In this document: positions 61,424 through 64,000 of the stretch, in pieces
Position numbering within the stretch: position 1 is the first letter of the stretch
How the letters are laid out: every line of letters begins with the position of its first letter
From: Yuukianura sp. NJ FZ-2021
Lineage: Eukaryota
NCBI GenBank assembly: GCA_046563655.1
Contig: CM102288.1
Coordinates: forward strand, 5,828,001 to 5,892,000
Direction of reading: 5' to 3'
DNA length: 64,000 bases
The notes under the pieces: model-generated
Seen by the model: only the letters and a program-made list of their open reading frames with translations
Told to the model about the DNA's origin: nothing
The model's database searches: none
Position numbers and translations under genes: made by a program

Positions 61424-63951
61424 CTAAATATGAATAACTTCGTTGTGAATAACTTCGTTGATGAACAACACCTTGTCGTGGTACTTGCGAATAAGGTTCG
61501 TCGCTTCTTCTATCTCCGGGGTTGGGTCGTCCAAAGGCTGAGAAAATTAAATAAACATTGCAATTTACTTAATGTGATGTTCCAAAACAAGTACGGAGGA
61601 ATCTGTAACTTAGAAACTGGGCAAAATACAAAAGAAATGGCAATTGCACAATCGGGGATTAAAAGATTCTGTTACGTTGGGGTCCTAATGTCATTGCAAA
61701 ATCCACCCATTTGCCATTATGGTTTTATTTTGCCAATGACAAGTGGACCTCACAGTAAGGAAATTTTCTACCCTCGTTGTGCAATTGCCATTTGTTTTGT
61801 ATTTTGCCCAGTTTCTAAGTTACAGATTACTCTGTATCTAGTTTATAGGGAGAGATTTTGTCCTGTATGGTGGCGCTGTGCATAGCAATTCTGATTCTGT
61901 CGCTTGGTAATTCAAATAGGATTTCAATTGCATTTCCTTGCAGTGTTTGAATTACAAAATGACAAATTTAGTACAGTAAAGCTCCTCACTTATAAAATGT
62001 ACAAATTACAAACAAATGGCAATTGCAAAAACGGGCATTAGAACATTTCTTTAGTCTGACGTCGTATGTCATTTGAAAATCCTAGCATTTGCCATTTCGA
62101 TTTCATTTTGTCTATCTACCAGTATGTCCCGTTAACGGTAATCCCGCAAGTTTTGTATTCTGAATTGCCATTTGTTTTGTATTTTGCACATTTTATAACT
62201 GAGAAGCTTTACTGTATTGGCACTCTGGTGCTACTAGGTCTTGTTTTAATGCTAAGCAAAAAAGGGATTGCCTAGTGCGCCAATAAAAAAAAAATTGTTT
62301 TTTAACAACTTACCGGCTCAGCGTACGTTACAAAAATGAGTTGTTGGAGTCGTTTTAGCCGTCCAGTGGCGGAAGCGTACAAAACAATGTAAATGTCGTT
62401 CCATATTAAATCAATTTGAAGATGTCTCAGTTCTAAAATAAATAATAAGTTAAACCGCTTTGTTAAAAGAAATCGTTTAAAGTGTTCAATATTTTTTTTT
62501 ACTTACTATGAATTTCTCCAATTGGATTTCTATCAGTGCCAAACGTTTTTCCTTTGAAATCATTGATACGCTGAAGTACATAAGGTCGCCCTCGGATTGA
62601 ATTTCTGTTGTTGTTGTAAGGTTCGCCAGTTAACACTTCCCATATGTATCCCGATATCTTTAAGCTTTCCAAGTGAGGCAAATTTTTCACCAAGGCGTAA
62701 AATGCATCAAAATCAGGATGGAAAGATGACCCGGTGTCACGTTTCCGAAAAATCACACTAAGTTTCTTGACATTTGGAAAGAGGAAATGGGCATTGTTTG
62801 AAGTTATGTTTGTGACACTGGTCAAGCGGAGATGTTGGACAGTGTAGAATGGGTGTGTGTGTAAATTAGGAATGTCGTCATAGTGACTCCAATTTTGAAA
62901 GAACTTGAGTTTGGCCAAAGGTAAAGTTTGAATCCACTTCCAGATTGCAGTTTTGAGATCCAAGTTAAGTTCAGTCGGAAGTGAAATAGCAAGAGCAGCA
63001 ATTTTGGGTTGCGGAGTCAATGTTACGAGTTGGTTGCAAACATCTTGAAACGTGTCGGTGATAATTCCAAGCCGAAGTTTAACTTTTGTTGAAGTTGAGC
63101 ACAGGAGACTTAACCAGTTTGGTAATTTTTGGAGTTCAGATGTACGCATAATTCTTTCATGAAAGGTATGCGATCTACTTAGACTGTCGTACTCGACGCC
63201 GCAAAAGTAGGGATAGTAAAGTAGCGAAAGCACTTTTAGATGAGGCGAGTGCTTGATGATGTTTTCAAACATGACTGGCTCTTCAGAATCTCTGCCATAC
63301 TTATCTAGTGTGAATTTCACCTTGAACTTTTTTAAACTTCGAAACGCTTGAGCACAACTTGCCTCATTTGTGGGTGGAATTTGGATTCCGTAGTAAACCA
63401 CTAGATACAGAGATGTTAAATTGGAAGCGGCAAAAAGTAAAGTTTGAATTGATCGCCCATAGTCTCTTCTCCAGCAGTGACTCTTTGTTTTCCAAGTTGG
63501 AGGATCCAAACTCCAACTCTTACGAGTCTTCGGCAGTAACCTGACTTCAGTGGCGTGTGTAGTTTTCAAAAAATGTTGAATTGTATTAAGAGCAATGTGT
63601 TGATCAAGTTCAAAAGCAAACTTGAAAAATGGAACTTGTGACCCTGGAGTAGTGCGCATGAGCCAGGAGAAGTATTTCATGTCGTTGTTGGTTCGGAAGT
63701 GAATTGGCTTGTGACGTTTTCTTAGCATATCAAAAATTGACGGGTCGTCCCTCCAGCTTCGGCAAACCAAGCGACAATTCAGAATGTCGACACTGGAAAC
63801 CAGCGAAAGGATTTGACCAAAAACCTAAGCAAAAGTAATATATTTTACGAAAATATATTGAATTCAAAATTCAACCACTTACTTCTGTTGGTAGAGTATC
63901 AAAAACATCATTTTGCTTATTTGCGTCTCCTGAAGCCAAAAGTTCTTCCAT
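61424..63951 (-). CDS. F-box/LRR-like protein, copy 2 (4 exons)
   Basis: Exons 63951-63883, 63824-62507, 62432-62314, 61537-61424; tandem paralog of copy 1 with identical intron phases. Confidence 0.85.
61594..61834. mobile_element. Tc1/mariner-type MITE, 241 bp
   Basis: TA flanks; ~60-bp TIR C(G/A)GAG(G/T)AATCTGTAACTTAGAAACTGGGCAAAATACAAAA. Confidence 0.8.
61974..62214. mobile_element. Tc1/mariner-type MITE, 241 bp, related to the previous one
   Basis: TA-CAGTAAAGCT...AGCTTTACTG-TA; shares the subterminal AAATGGCAATT motif and internal similarity. Confidence 0.8.
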
Positions 63952-64000
63952 TCTAATTTACGCTTCTGTCTAGAAGTGTTAGATTACCACACAAATTAAA

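Overview
AT-rich eukaryotic DNA with short spliceosomal introns. Divergent gustatory-receptor-like and ionotropic receptors, an Atonal-family bHLH, an insect-type AANAT-like GNAT and interstitial TTAGG tracts point to a compact arthropod genome, possibly a springtail-like hexapod (inference). Housekeeping genes: WDR75, PCYOX1, SMYD4-like, AVL9, TANGO6, BDH2 and a sulfotransferase. Tandem families: four GR-like genes plus remnants, two IRs (one frameshifted) and two F-box/LRR genes. Highlights: (1) a 449-bp miniature LTR element (TRIM-like) with identical 90-bp LTRs, PBS, PPT and 4-bp TSD inserted in the coding exon of a WAP/crustin-like gene; (2) U27/snR74-type C/D snoRNAs in two AVL9 introns, plus a third copy with an altered guide in a collapsed AVL9 duplicate; (3) an intronless secreted BBE-like FAD oxidase, a horizontal-transfer candidate, inside the chemoreceptor array; (4) an intron-containing tRNA-Pro(TGG); (5) many MITEs and HINE-like elements, including a foldback element with a central TTAGG tract. 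No wholly new multi-gene system can be established from the sequence alone. Gene names come from motif recognition, not database searches.
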